This document shows, piece by piece, positions 9,672 through 18,273 of a stretch of 64,000 nt of DNA; position 1 is the first letter of the stretch, and the number at the start of each line of letters is the position of its first letter. Origin of the DNA: Candidatus Peribacterales bacterium (lineage in GTDB: Bacteria; Patescibacteriota; Gracilibacteria; Peribacterales; Peribacteraceae); assembly GCA_035289645.1 (NCBI GenBank), contig DATDWL010000004.1:29614-93613 (forward strand). The letters are read 5' to 3'. The position numbers were made by a program, and so were the translations under genes. A model generated the notes under the pieces. That model saw only the letters and a program-made list of their open reading frames with translations. It ran no database searches and had not been told where the DNA came from.

Positions 9672-10370
9672 ATGATCAAAACTGCTACACTGCAATCAGT
9701 CATGCACTCCCGCACCTATGCAACGGTGATGGCCGCGTTCGTCGCAACGGTGCTTGTGAGTAATATTAGCTCCGCGGCGAAGATTGTGGATTTTGGTGTG
9801 TCTCTCTACGGTATTCCACTCGCATTCGATGCCGGAACTCTCCTCTTCCCCTTAAGCTACATCTTCGGCGATATCCTCACCGAACTCTATGGATTTCGAG
9901 GATCGAGGAGGGTCATTTGGACCGGCTTTGTGCTGAGCGCCGCCATGAGCGCCTATCTCTTTCTTGTTGGCATTATGCCGGGGGAAGTAGCATGGCTCCA
10001 ATATGCGGGCAACGATGCCTATGCTGCCATTCTTGGAGGCGTGAGTTCCGGCGGCATTGTGATTGCAAGCCTGAGTGCATATTTGATGGGAGAGCTTTCG
10101 AATTCCTTCTCGATGGAGCGAATCAAACAATGGACTCAAGGAAAATTCTTGCCGCTGCGCACCATTGGCTCAACTTTGGTCGGGCAAGGAATTGATACTG
10201 TGAGTTTTGTGCTCATAGCTTGCACTTTCAACGTCTTCCCGTGGGAAATCGCGGTGAGTTTGATTCTTGCAAATTACATCTTCAAAGTTGGCATTGAGGT
10301 TCTCTTCACTCCCATGACGATTGTCGTCATCCGATGGCTTCAGAAGATCGAAACAGATCCGATTGCATAA
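9672..10370 (+). CDS. Queuosine precursor transporter (YhhQ/VUT family)
   Basis: AGTLLFPLSYIFGDILTELYG, RTIGSTLVGQGIDT. Confidence 0.9.
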   Translation: MIKTATLQSVMHSRTYATVMAAFVATVLVSNISSAAKIVDFGVSLYGIPLAFDAGTLLFPLSYIFGDILTELYGFRGSRRVIWTGFVLSAAMSAYLFLVGIMPGEVAWLQYAGNDAYAAILGGVSSGGIVIASLSAYLMGELSNSFSMERIKQWTQGKFLPLRTIGSTLVGQGIDTVSFVLIACTFNVFPWEIAVSLILANYIFKVGIEVLFTPMTIVVIRWLQKIETDPIA

Positions 10371-10387
10371 ACCGCGGACAGCATCAT

Positions 10388-10636
10388 TTATGTATCTGAT
10401 AGCGTAACGAGCTTTTCTTTTTCCGCCTTGCTCCACGTCTTCACCTCCGCCTCCCTGTGACGGGCATCTTTGAGTAATGCGAATTCTTCGTGGTAGATGA
10501 TGGCGATCGGTCTCCGAGAGCGCGTGTACTTGGCACCCTTCCCCTCGTTATGCTTTGCTTCACGGGCTTTAAGATCGATGCAGGATCCAGAGTAGAGCGA
10601 TGTATCGCTGCAGCGGGCAAGATAGAAGTAGGGCAT
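10388..10636 (-). CDS. Small GIY-YIG nuclease (UPF0213/YazA-like)
   Basis: YFYLARCSD.SLYSG...R...HNEGKGAKYTRSRRP...REAEVK. Confidence 0.9.
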   Translation of the reverse strand: MPYFYLARCSDTSLYSGSCIDLKAREAKHNEGKGAKYTRSRRPIAIIYHEEFALLKDARHREAEVKTWSKAEKEKLVTLSDT

Positions 10637-10692
10637 TGCATGAAGTATACAAGGCTTGGAATATCACATTTGTATCATGTCCTGCAGTAAAA

Positions 10693-12039
10693 TTACATGC
10701 AGCGGTGTTTTTGGGAGCAACGAGCAACTCCTTGAAACACAAGAAGGAATAGGAATGCAATAGGCAATGGAATGAGCGCCGTTTCTGGACTCAGAATATC
10801 CAACACAAACAGAGGGATGACACTCATAACAGCAAGGAAAAGACTTGCACCAACGGCTCGGTCATTCAAACGATAGGAAAAAGAGAGGAGAACGGCAGGA
10901 GCAATGGAAATCCCGATGCCACCAAGTGCAAAACCAATGGTAAGAATATCTTGGCTCACGATACTAATGAAGACGGCGAGGATAATGATCGTCACCATGA
11001 TGACTCGAGTGACAAATCGCATGGATGAATCTTTAAAGCGATGTGAATAGTTCAGAATATCTCGCGTGATAATCGACGATATGCAAAACGTCATCGTATC
11101 TGACGAAGAAAGCGAAACGGCGTACAGAAGAACCATGCCGAGCTCCATGAATCCAAGCGGCAGTAAGTGTGCAAAACCATGAACCAGCGCATCCTCTGGA
11201 ACAATGTTTGGAAAAAATTGTTTCGTTGCAAGGCCCATAATGCCAATAACAGCTGCAAGAAGCGGTATGAGGAGCGCTCCATACGTAAGCCCACGGCGGA
11301 GTGCGCGCTCATCTTTGGAGGCAAAAATACGCTGCCAAAGGTCTGGGCCCACAATGGCGCTGAGCGCGCCAAGGAAGAAGAAGCCAGTCAGATTACCGGC
11401 CCCAAGCGCCGTTGGATTAAAATCGGATGCTGAGAAGGAACTTCGTCCGACAAGAAAGAGCGCCACAGAAAGGCTCATGACAATCATAATGAAAAATTGA
11501 AAGACGTCGGTTTTGATCACAGCCTTAAGCCCTGCAAGAAAAAGATACGTGAGGATAATCACGCCTCCTGCTCCAACGGCGAGAGGATACGAAATGGGGA
11601 AGATGGTGGAGAGCACCTTACCGCTCACAATGAGGTTCACAACGAGGAGAAGTGAGAGCGCTATAACAAGAATCACCGAAAACATCACACCGCTCCACGA
11701 TCCTATGGTCTTATAAAAATACTCAGGGAGCGAATAAATGCCGCGCTCGTCGGCAATACGCTTGATGCGCGGTGCAAAATTTTTGAGCACAAGAAAACCA
11801 CAGCTGAATCCGACGAAGAGCCACAACGCGGATAAACCGAACTGATAGACATATGCGGTATATACCGCAATCGTTGCACCATCGAAAAATCCAGCGGTCA
11901 TGGTGATCGCAAGCGAAATCCCCGCCACTCTTCGATCAGCAATCATAAATCCTTCTTCAGTCTCATTCTTGGATGCGAACCACCCGATCAAAACGACAAT
12001 GGCGATGTAGAGAACAAAGAAGGAAATGCTGAGCGACAT
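10693..12039 (-). CDS. Sodium:solute symporter family protein
   Basis: About 12 TM segments; F.IADR, GLKAVIKTDVFQ, WQRIFASKD. Confidence 0.85.
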   Translation of the reverse strand: MSLSISFFVLYIAIVVLIGWFASKNETEEGFMIADRRVAGISLAITMTAGFFDGATIAVYTAYVYQFGLSALWLFVGFSCGFLVLKNFAPRIKRIADERGIYSLPEYFYKTIGSWSGVMFSVILVIALSLLLVVNLIVSGKVLSTIFPISYPLAVGAGGVIILTYLFLAGLKAVIKTDVFQFFIMIVMSLSVALFLVGRSSFSASDFNPTALGAGNLTGFFFLGALSAIVGPDLWQRIFASKDERALRRGLTYGALLIPLLAAVIGIMGLATKQFFPNIVPEDALVHGFAHLLPLGFMELGMVLLYAVSLSSSDTMTFCISSIITRDILNYSHRFKDSSMRFVTRVIMVTIIILAVFISIVSQDILTIGFALGGIGISIAPAVLLSFSYRLNDRAVGASLFLAVMSVIPLFVLDILSPETALIPLPIAFLFLLVFQGVARCSQKHRCM

Positions 12040-12136
12040 GCATGGATTGTATCATTCCAGATTGCATGATCAGCTGCGCGAAGCACACAATCGCCCCCTT
12101 AGGTCGCCCTAAGGCGACGCTTTGTACGCGCTCATG

Positions 12137-12169
12137 TTGGCAGCCCCAAGGATCCGGAGTGCAAACTCC
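12137..12169 (-). repeat. Partial duplication of the tRNA-Glu 3' end (att-like)
   Basis: ttggcagcccca (12137-12148) is identical to 13157-13168 and is followed by a degenerate cggag...aactcc. Confidence 0.6.
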
Positions 12170-12194
12170 ATAATTAGAGAAGTGATGCTTTGGT

Positions 12195-13112
12195 TTAATA
12201 TATTAACATCAATGGATGGACTAAATACCCTGCGGGAGTATACAGATAACATCCGATCGGGATGAGGCTGAACATCACAAAGATTACAGTCATCATTAAA
12301 TACCTGTTTCGTTTAACCTTAATAGAAAACAGTCCTGTTAATCCATAGGCAACTAGAATCGGCCATAACCAATATGAGGGAACGAGTATCTGCGGAGAGG
12401 TAAACATACGAGCGCCCCATTCGAGGGCATTAATCAGTCCACCACCTAAGTCATTGCGTAACTCATATACGACATCAGATGCAACAAAAGCATAAGTCGT
12501 AATTGCAAGCATTGCTATACCAATTGTCAGTGAAATTTTCTTCTTCAAAGCTGCAGCAATAGCGAAGAGGACTAGCAAAAAGACAGGAACTACTAAAATA
12601 CTACTAAAAGCCAGTAGTTCAGCTTTTTTAAAAATTTGTTTACTCCCGGCGAGTGTTTGCAATCCCGCTTCGTGCTGTTTCAAACATTGGAGACACGATG
12701 CAGAATCTCCTAACAATCCACATGCTTCTTCTGGCTGTAATTCTCGCCTGTCAGAAATGCTCTGATATATTTTCTTGTGTTCTGGAAACGCATCATAGGA
12801 AACAGTATACGATGGATCAAAAGCTGGACGATTTAAACTATACGGTTGCTGTCTTTCACAGTAACTTTTGCCGACTACGTATGCCTTAGTTACTTCATAT
12901 CTGCCGTGGTAATCGTTATAGATTGGAACTAACCAGACAAAATCATCGCCGCAGTATTGGCTCGTAAAACATGAATGCTTATCAGTGGTAGGCATTTTAT
13001 TCCACCCCAGGTTATTCAGACCAATGCTTAGCAGCAGCAATATTCCTGCTGCTAAGAGTGGTGATAATCCAACCGCAGTAAGCAATAAGAGATTTCTTTG
13101 AAAGAAACTCAT
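12195..13112 (-). CDS. Hypothetical membrane protein with a Cys-rich extracytoplasmic loop
   Basis: AT-rich ORF; start set at ATG 13112 because the longer ORF overlaps the tRNA. Confidence 0.7.
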   Translation of the reverse strand: MSFFQRNLLLLTAVGLSPLLAAGILLLLSIGLNNLGWNKMPTTDKHSCFTSQYCGDDFVWLVPIYNDYHGRYEVTKAYVVGKSYCERQQPYSLNRPAFDPSYTVSYDAFPEHKKIYQSISDRRELQPEEACGLLGDSASCLQCLKQHEAGLQTLAGSKQIFKKAELLAFSSILVVPVFLLVLFAIAAALKKKISLTIGIAMLAITTYAFVASDVVYELRNDLGGGLINALEWGARMFTSPQILVPSYWLWPILVAYGLTGLFSIKVKRNRYLMMTVIFVMFSLIPIGCYLYTPAGYLVHPLMLIY

Positions 13113-13157
13113 GGTTCCCACTGTAACACCCTGAGTATCTCTCAGCAATTTCGTAAT

Positions 13158-13232
13158 TGGCAGCCCCACGGAGAATCGAACTCCGATTAACGGATTGAAA
13201 ACCCGCTGTCCTAACCGTTAGACGATGGGGCC
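13158..13232 (-). tRNA. tRNA-Glu (TTC)
   Basis: Reverse complement GGCCCCATCGTCTAACGGTTAGGACAGCGGGTTTTCAATCCGTTAATCGGAGTTCGATTCTCCGTGGGGCTGCCA: acceptor stem, TTC anticodon, TTCGA loop, CCA end. Confidence 0.95.
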
Positions 13233-13288
13233 GTAGAATGAAAATGAACAGTAATGGATGCAATCGCCTTTCTGCGCTCCGCGCAGTA

Positions 13289-13366
13289 GTTAGACCCTCC
13301 TTCGCTCCTCGTTCCACTCGGAGCTTCGGACGGGCAGGCGATGGGGCCGTGGAATGAAAATGAACA
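13289..13366 (-). pseudogene. Duplicated tRNA-Glu 5' fragment plus upstream flank, interrupted by a 44-bp micro-element
   Basis: gttaga|cgatggggccgt(a/g)gaatgaaaatgaaca repeats 13217-13250, with 13295-13338 inserted. Confidence 0.75.
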
Positions 13367-13412
13367 AGTGGATTATACATCGTCGCCATCCCTCCGTGGA
13401 GAAAAAAGGGCT

Positions 13413-13988
13413 ATGATTCCAGCTGTGATTCTTGCAGATATCGTCCTTGTCGGCATTTTGATCCTCACGGTCATTCTGCTTGTCACCATGCTCACAAGCC
13501 TGTTTCTTTTTGTCCCCTACGTCCCAACGCCAAAAGCAGTGGTGGAATTCATGCTGGAAAGGGCAAATCTCAGCGGAAATCAAACAGTGTACGATCTTGG
13601 ATGCGGGGATGCGAGGCTGTTGATTGCCGCAAAAAAACGATGTCCGAGCATTCGCGCAATAGGGTACGAATTGCCGCTTGGAATATGGCTTCTTGCCAAA
13701 ATAAAAGTATTTCTCTCACGAAAGAATATTACTGTTCGGCTCGGTAATTATCTCCATGGGGATCTCCATGATGCTGATGTGATTTTTTTGTACCTTGTAC
13801 CGGAGGTGATGGGAAAATTGGTGAAGAAATTGGAAAAGGAACTCAAGCCCGGCACGCGCATAATCTCGCATGGGTTTGAATTGCCGGGACGATCACCAAA
13901 GAGCGTCGAACGATGTTCTCTCCCTTCGTGGCACCTCTTTAGGCCAAAGGGGAAGGTGGGGCCGCGGGTGTTTGTGTATGAGTGGTGA
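13413..13988 (+). CDS. Membrane-anchored class I SAM-dependent methyltransferase
   Basis: VPYVPTP, VYDLGCGDARLL, ADVIFLYL, ELKPGTRIISH.F. Confidence 0.88.
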   Translation: MIPAVILADIVLVGILILTVILLVTMLTSLFLFVPYVPTPKAVVEFMLERANLSGNQTVYDLGCGDARLLIAAKKRCPSIRAIGYELPLGIWLLAKIKVFLSRKNITVRLGNYLHGDLHDADVIFLYLVPEVMGKLVKKLEKELKPGTRIISHGFELPGRSPKSVERCSLPSWHLFRPKGKVGPRVFVYEW

Positions 13989-15510
13989 GGAATGGAATAC
14001 ATAAGAAGAGGATGAGCACCTCATAGTATCCCAACACATACACTCCGCTTACCCCTGCAATATTCATCGATGCATAAGGAAGATTAGAAAGAAATTGCGC
14101 AATGTTGATGACAAGCTCCAGCGCTCCGAAGCCGGGATATGCGATGAATCGCCCGAGGGGCTCCGAAAAGAAACCGACGAGCGTCCCAAGGAACCCAAAA
14201 AGCATCGCGAATGGAATGAGTGGAGCAACAAGCAAGTTCGCCAGTGGCGCAACGAGGCTGAATTTTCCGAAGAGGAGAATAACGAGCGGCACTGCGGAAA
14301 ATTGAGCAGCAAGAGTCATCGTGAGCGATTCGCGAATGCCGAGGAACACAGGGAAGAACTTCATCGGATGCTCGAGAAACGGCGACAAATACGCAAGCCC
14401 CAAAACCGAGAGGAATGAGAGTTGGAACCCGGCATCGTACCAAAGCATTTTTGGATTCCATGCGGCCATAAGCGCCGCAGTGAGGAGAATCACAATGAGA
14501 GAATGTTTCTCCCGCCCGACGTGGAGCGCAAAGAGCCCGAGCATCCCCATGAGTGCCGCACGGACAACAGATGGCGAAGCGCCAACAAAGAGTGTGAAAA
14601 AGAGAATGGCAAGAAAGGAAGGAAGAAATCTCCACTTGAGTGGCAGAAAGAAGAGCGATCCCGCGATCACTGCAATGACAATCGCAATGTTGTAACCACT
14701 GATCGCGATGATGTGCGTGAGCCCGGTTGCCTGAAAATCTTTGAGCAGGTGATCTGGAATCCCCCGCCGTGATCCTGTGAGGAGCCCCGCCATCAATGAA
14801 GCATGTGGCTCGGGCAGGAGACGATTGAGTGTGTATTCGAATCGGCTTTTGAGGTGATAGAGAAATGAAAAGAAACGAGAGCCATGCCCTGTGCTCAATG
14901 TCTCGATCTCTGCACGGTAGATCACGGCATAAATCCCATAGCGCGAGAGGTAACGATCGTAGGCGAAATCTTCGATCTGTGTCGGCTTTTCCAAGATTCC
15001 GGTGACGATGACTTCGTCCCCGTAGGCATGGAGTGGATAGAAGGCGTGATCGGTGACGAGGATTTTCCCATGTACTCGTAGGGACTCCATATAGGGCATC
15101 TCTACGATACCATTTATCTCATCCACCTCCACAACATACTTCGTCTTCATAGGCCGACGGTCCGGCTCATCGCTGATATAGCCATGAAGCATAACGCGCG
15201 GAAGATTGCCCTCCTTTGCATCGTGAGGACGATCAATGGCAAAAGAATCAACGGACTCGACGCTTGGAATGTGCGTCGTCTGCGAGACACGGAGGAATGC
15301 ACATACCGTACCAATGATAATGCACAAAAAAAGAAAGGCGATATTTGATCGTGCAATCAAACCAACACTTAAAAAGACGACGGCCGAAAGCAAAAGAATA
15401 ATCCAGATCTCTGCAGGAAACCGAGGCACCTGCCACCACTGGAGCGCTGCTGCCACGGCAAGGAATGTGAGGAAAAGCGCTATCGTGTACCAAGACTTTG
15501 GGATACCCAT
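13939..15510 (-). CDS. comEC: ComEC/Rec2 competence channel (no MBL domain)
   Basis: TGLTHIIAISGYN, PSVVRAALM, DAGFQLSF. Confidence 0.92.
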   Translation of the reverse strand: MGIPKSWYTIALFLTFLAVAAALQWWQVPRFPAEIWIILLLSAVVFLSVGLIARSNIAFLFLCIIIGTVCAFLRVSQTTHIPSVESVDSFAIDRPHDAKEGNLPRVMLHGYISDEPDRRPMKTKYVVEVDEINGIVEMPYMESLRVHGKILVTDHAFYPLHAYGDEVIVTGILEKPTQIEDFAYDRYLSRYGIYAVIYRAEIETLSTGHGSRFFSFLYHLKSRFEYTLNRLLPEPHASLMAGLLTGSRRGIPDHLLKDFQATGLTHIIAISGYNIAIVIAVIAGSLFFLPLKWRFLPSFLAILFFTLFVGASPSVVRAALMGMLGLFALHVGREKHSLIVILLTAALMAAWNPKMLWYDAGFQLSFLSVLGLAYLSPFLEHPMKFFPVFLGIRESLTMTLAAQFSAVPLVILLFGKFSLVAPLANLLVAPLIPFAMLFGFLGTLVGFFSEPLGRFIAYPGFGALELVINIAQFLSNLPYASMNIAGVSGVYVLGYYEVLILFLCIPFLTTHTQTPAAPPSPLA

Positions 15511-15562
15511 AAAGGGATGGACTGTAGCACGAGCATGCTTGGAACGTCACCCGGAGGATGGA

Positions 15563-17002
15563 TCAATACGCCTTCGCCCACAGAACCATTTCCTTCGCCG
15601 GCTTGCCTGAGTACATATCCACCATACCTTCCGCAGAAGGGCGCTCGGGGAGGAGCACGCGGATTGTTGCCTTCGTTTCCTTCTGCACTGCCTCGGCAGT
15701 TTCCACCGTACCATCCCACGGTGCCCAGATAAAGCCGGGTTTTTCTTCGAGTGTTTTTTTAAACTCATCGTAGGTCTCGACCGACGAAGTCTGATCCTCC
15801 ATAAACTGAAGCGCCTGATCGTAGAGATTTTCCTGCACAAGATCGAGCAGATTGGTAATGGCCAGCGCATCGCGTGCGGCATCGATGAGCATGTGTTCTT
15901 TTTCGCCGGTGTCGCGGCGAACGATCGTAACTTGTTTCTTCTCGATATCCTTCGGACCGATTTCGACTCGCAGCGGCACGCCTTTTACTTCCCACTCCGC
16001 GAATTTGAATCCCGGCCGTTTGCCATCGCGGCTATCGATGTGAACTCGAATCCCCTGCCCGCCCCATGCTGCTGCAAGATCTGCAGACGCCGCGAGTACG
16101 ATGTCTCGCTCGGCATCCGATTGATAGATTGGGACGATGACAACTTGGATCGGCGCAACCGCCGGAGGAAGACGCAAACCTTTTTCATCGCCATGAACAA
16201 CGATAATCGTCCCGATGAGCCGTGTGGAAACTCCCCAGCTCGTCATCCATGGGCGCTGCTCCTTTTGATTTTCATCAAGGTACGAAACGCTGTACGACTC
16301 CGAAAATCCTTGCCCGAGATTATGGGAAGTACCGGCTTGAATCGCTTTGCCATCGCGCGCCAAGGCTTCGGTTGTGAGCGTGTACAAGGCACCCGCAAAT
16401 TTATCGTGTTCTGGTTTTCGTCCATGGATCACAGGGAGTGCGAGCACATCGCGATCGAAATCCGTGTACATCTGGAGCGCCGCTTCCGCCATTTCATCCG
16501 CATCTTCCTTCGTCGCATGCACGGTATGACCCTCCTGCCAGAGGAATTCAAGCGTTCGCAGGAACGGGCGCGTGCGCATTTCCCACCGCACCACATTCGC
16601 CCACTGATTGATTTTTATGGGGAGATCGCGATACGAACCGACCCACTTTGCAAACGTTTGGTAGATGATCGTTTCCGAGGTCGGACGAATGTAGAGCTTC
16701 TCCGCAAGTTCTTTGCCGCCGCCATGCGTGACAACTGCGCACTCCGGAGCAAATCCCGCCACATGATTCGCCTCCTTTGCCATCACACTTTCTGGAATGA
16801 GGAGCGGAAAATACGCATTCTGCACGCCAAGATCTTTGATCCTCGCATTCAGCTCCTGCTGCATCATTTCCCAAATCGCATAACCATAGGGTTTAAAGAT
16901 GATACATCCCTTTACCGGCGCATACTCCGCAAGATCCGCCTGCTCGACGACATCCAAATACCACTGGGGGAAATCGTCTTTTTGGGAAGCAAGTTTAGAC
17001 AC
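15563..17002 (-). CDS. proS: Proline--tRNA ligase (archaeal/eukaryotic type)
   Basis: IRPTSET, QWANVVRWE, EFLWQEGHT, QAGTSHNLG, C-terminal AKAY. Confidence 0.96.
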   Translation of the reverse strand: MSKLASQKDDFPQWYLDVVEQADLAEYAPVKGCIIFKPYGYAIWEMMQQELNARIKDLGVQNAYFPLLIPESVMAKEANHVAGFAPECAVVTHGGGKELAEKLYIRPTSETIIYQTFAKWVGSYRDLPIKINQWANVVRWEMRTRPFLRTLEFLWQEGHTVHATKEDADEMAEAALQMYTDFDRDVLALPVIHGRKPEHDKFAGALYTLTTEALARDGKAIQAGTSHNLGQGFSESYSVSYLDENQKEQRPWMTSWGVSTRLIGTIIVVHGDEKGLRLPPAVAPIQVVIVPIYQSDAERDIVLAASADLAAAWGGQGIRVHIDSRDGKRPGFKFAEWEVKGVPLRVEIGPKDIEKKQVTIVRRDTGEKEHMLIDAARDALAITNLLDLVQENLYDQALQFMEDQTSSVETYDEFKKTLEEKPGFIWAPWDGTVETAEAVQKETKATIRVLLPERPSAEGMVDMYSGKPAKEMVLWAKAY

Positions 17003-17049
17003 TTGTACTGAGGGAAATGAAGTATGGGACTAGCATACAGCATGACGTA

Positions 17050-17490
17050 TCATGTACTGAGCCAAACACCTACCCACGTCACTACCGCCCCAAACACAAT
17101 TCCACCGAGAACTTCGATGAAGGAATGACCCACGCGAGTTTGGAACCTCTGCCAATGCTGGAGACGATTGAGAACTTCTGCCTGCAAACCGATCTCGCGG
17201 CGCGAGTTCATGGCATCGTAAAAAATGATGACGGCAAAAACCGCTGCGATCGCAAATTCCACGGAATCGAGTCCCGCCTTTTGCCACACGATGAAGAGGA
17301 GTGATGTCACAAACGCGGCATGCGAACTTGGGAATCCACCGGAGTGAAAGAAGGCATCGTAATCAACATGACCTTTCTTAAACGATGCAACGGTAAGTTT
17401 GGCAAACTCGCAGAGAAACCCAACGACAATCGGAATGAGGAAGATGTAGACAGAGAGGAGCGAGAGTGCGGTGTGGGAGGAGAGGGGCAT
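17050..17490 (-). CDS. Divergent PAP2 family protein (DUF212)
   Basis: SGGFPSSHAA, YDA...RR..G.QA..LN, GHS..EV.GG. Confidence 0.88.
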   Translation of the reverse strand: MPLSSHTALSLLSVYIFLIPIVVGFLCEFAKLTVASFKKGHVDYDAFFHSGGFPSSHAAFVTSLLFIVWQKAGLDSVEFAIAAVFAVIIFYDAMNSRREIGLQAEVLNRLQHWQRFQTRVGHSFIEVLGGIVFGAVVTWVGVWLST

Positions 17491-17498
17491 GGGAACGA

Positions 17499-17590
17499 GT
17501 TTGTTAGGTGTGTTAGGTTTATTAGGTTAGTGAGGTTCGATCAATCAACCTAACCCACTTAACCTACCTAACTCACCTAACGTACCAAAC
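17499..17590. repeat. Inverted pair of degenerate 9-mer tandem arrays
   Basis: gtttgttag gtgtgttag gtttattag gttagtgag ... aacctaacc cacttaacc tacctaact cacctaacg. Confidence 0.75.
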
Positions 17591-17633
17591 ATCATCCCAC
17601 AATCACAACTCTCCCCCTGCTACACTCTCACCC

Positions 17634-18188
17634 ATGATCCACATCCCCTCCCGCCTCGAGGAACGGCTGAAGAAGGTTTTCCCACGGGCCAAAGATCGTG
17701 AGGATTTCGTCAAAGACGCAGTGACGCAGGCACTCGAAGGGATTGAACGAACAGGTATGGATACCCTGCCCCAGGCAGTCGGCGGTACGCTCCACCTTTT
17801 TACGGATGGTGGATCGCGCGGGAATCCCGGGGAGTCGGCAATCGGCTGCGTCCTCGTGGATCCACTCACGGGAAAAGTACTGAAGGAACATAGCGAGACG
17901 ATCGGGGTTCAAACCAATAACGTCGCAGAGTATCGCGCGCTCATTGCAGGGCTTACACTGGCCAAAAATTTTCGTCCGAATCGGCTTGTATGCCATCTGG
18001 ATTCCGAGCTCATCGTCAAACAGCTCTCCGGCGCCTACAGAGTAAAAATGCAGACACTCCAGCCCCTGCTCGAGGAAATCCAAGAACTGCAGCAGGAGTT
18101 TGGGGAAGTGAGCTTTTCCCACATTCCTCGGGGGGAGAACAAACGCGCCGATCGGTTGGTGAACGAGGCGCTCGATGGTTTGAGGTAA
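17634..18188 (+). CDS. rnhA: Ribonuclease HI family protein with a short N-terminal extension
   Basis: FTDGGSRGNPG, TNNVAEY.ALI.GL, DSELIVKQ, HIPR..NKRAD.L.N. Confidence 0.9.
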   Translation: MIHIPSRLEERLKKVFPRAKDREDFVKDAVTQALEGIERTGMDTLPQAVGGTLHLFTDGGSRGNPGESAIGCVLVDPLTGKVLKEHSETIGVQTNNVAEYRALIAGLTLAKNFRPNRLVCHLDSELIVKQLSGAYRVKMQTLQPLLEEIQELQQEFGEVSFSHIPRGENKRADRLVNEALDGLR

Positions 18189-18195
18189 GATAGGA

Positions 18196-18273
18196 GTGTC
18201 ATGCTAAGCGAAGTGCCGCGAACATCGTGCCTCGTCTTTATCGCACTCCGCGCGATTTCAATCGATATGACAC
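18196..18273. repeat. Degenerate, internally deleted type A element overlapping the start of the VanW-family gene
   Basis: gtgtcatgctaagcgaagt ... gtgcctcgtctt ... atgacac. Confidence 0.6.

Noticed and set aside
10388-10636. Second GIY-YIG gene as another repeat-flanked cassette
   Set aside because: No arm motif or inverted repeat was found in either flank, so it looks like an ordinary stand-alone copy.
15893-17011. 372-aa ORF on the plus strand (and similar ORFs at 58-1014, 28047-29051, 52022-53062)
   Set aside because: Antisense shadows of well-supported genes with no recognisable motifs.
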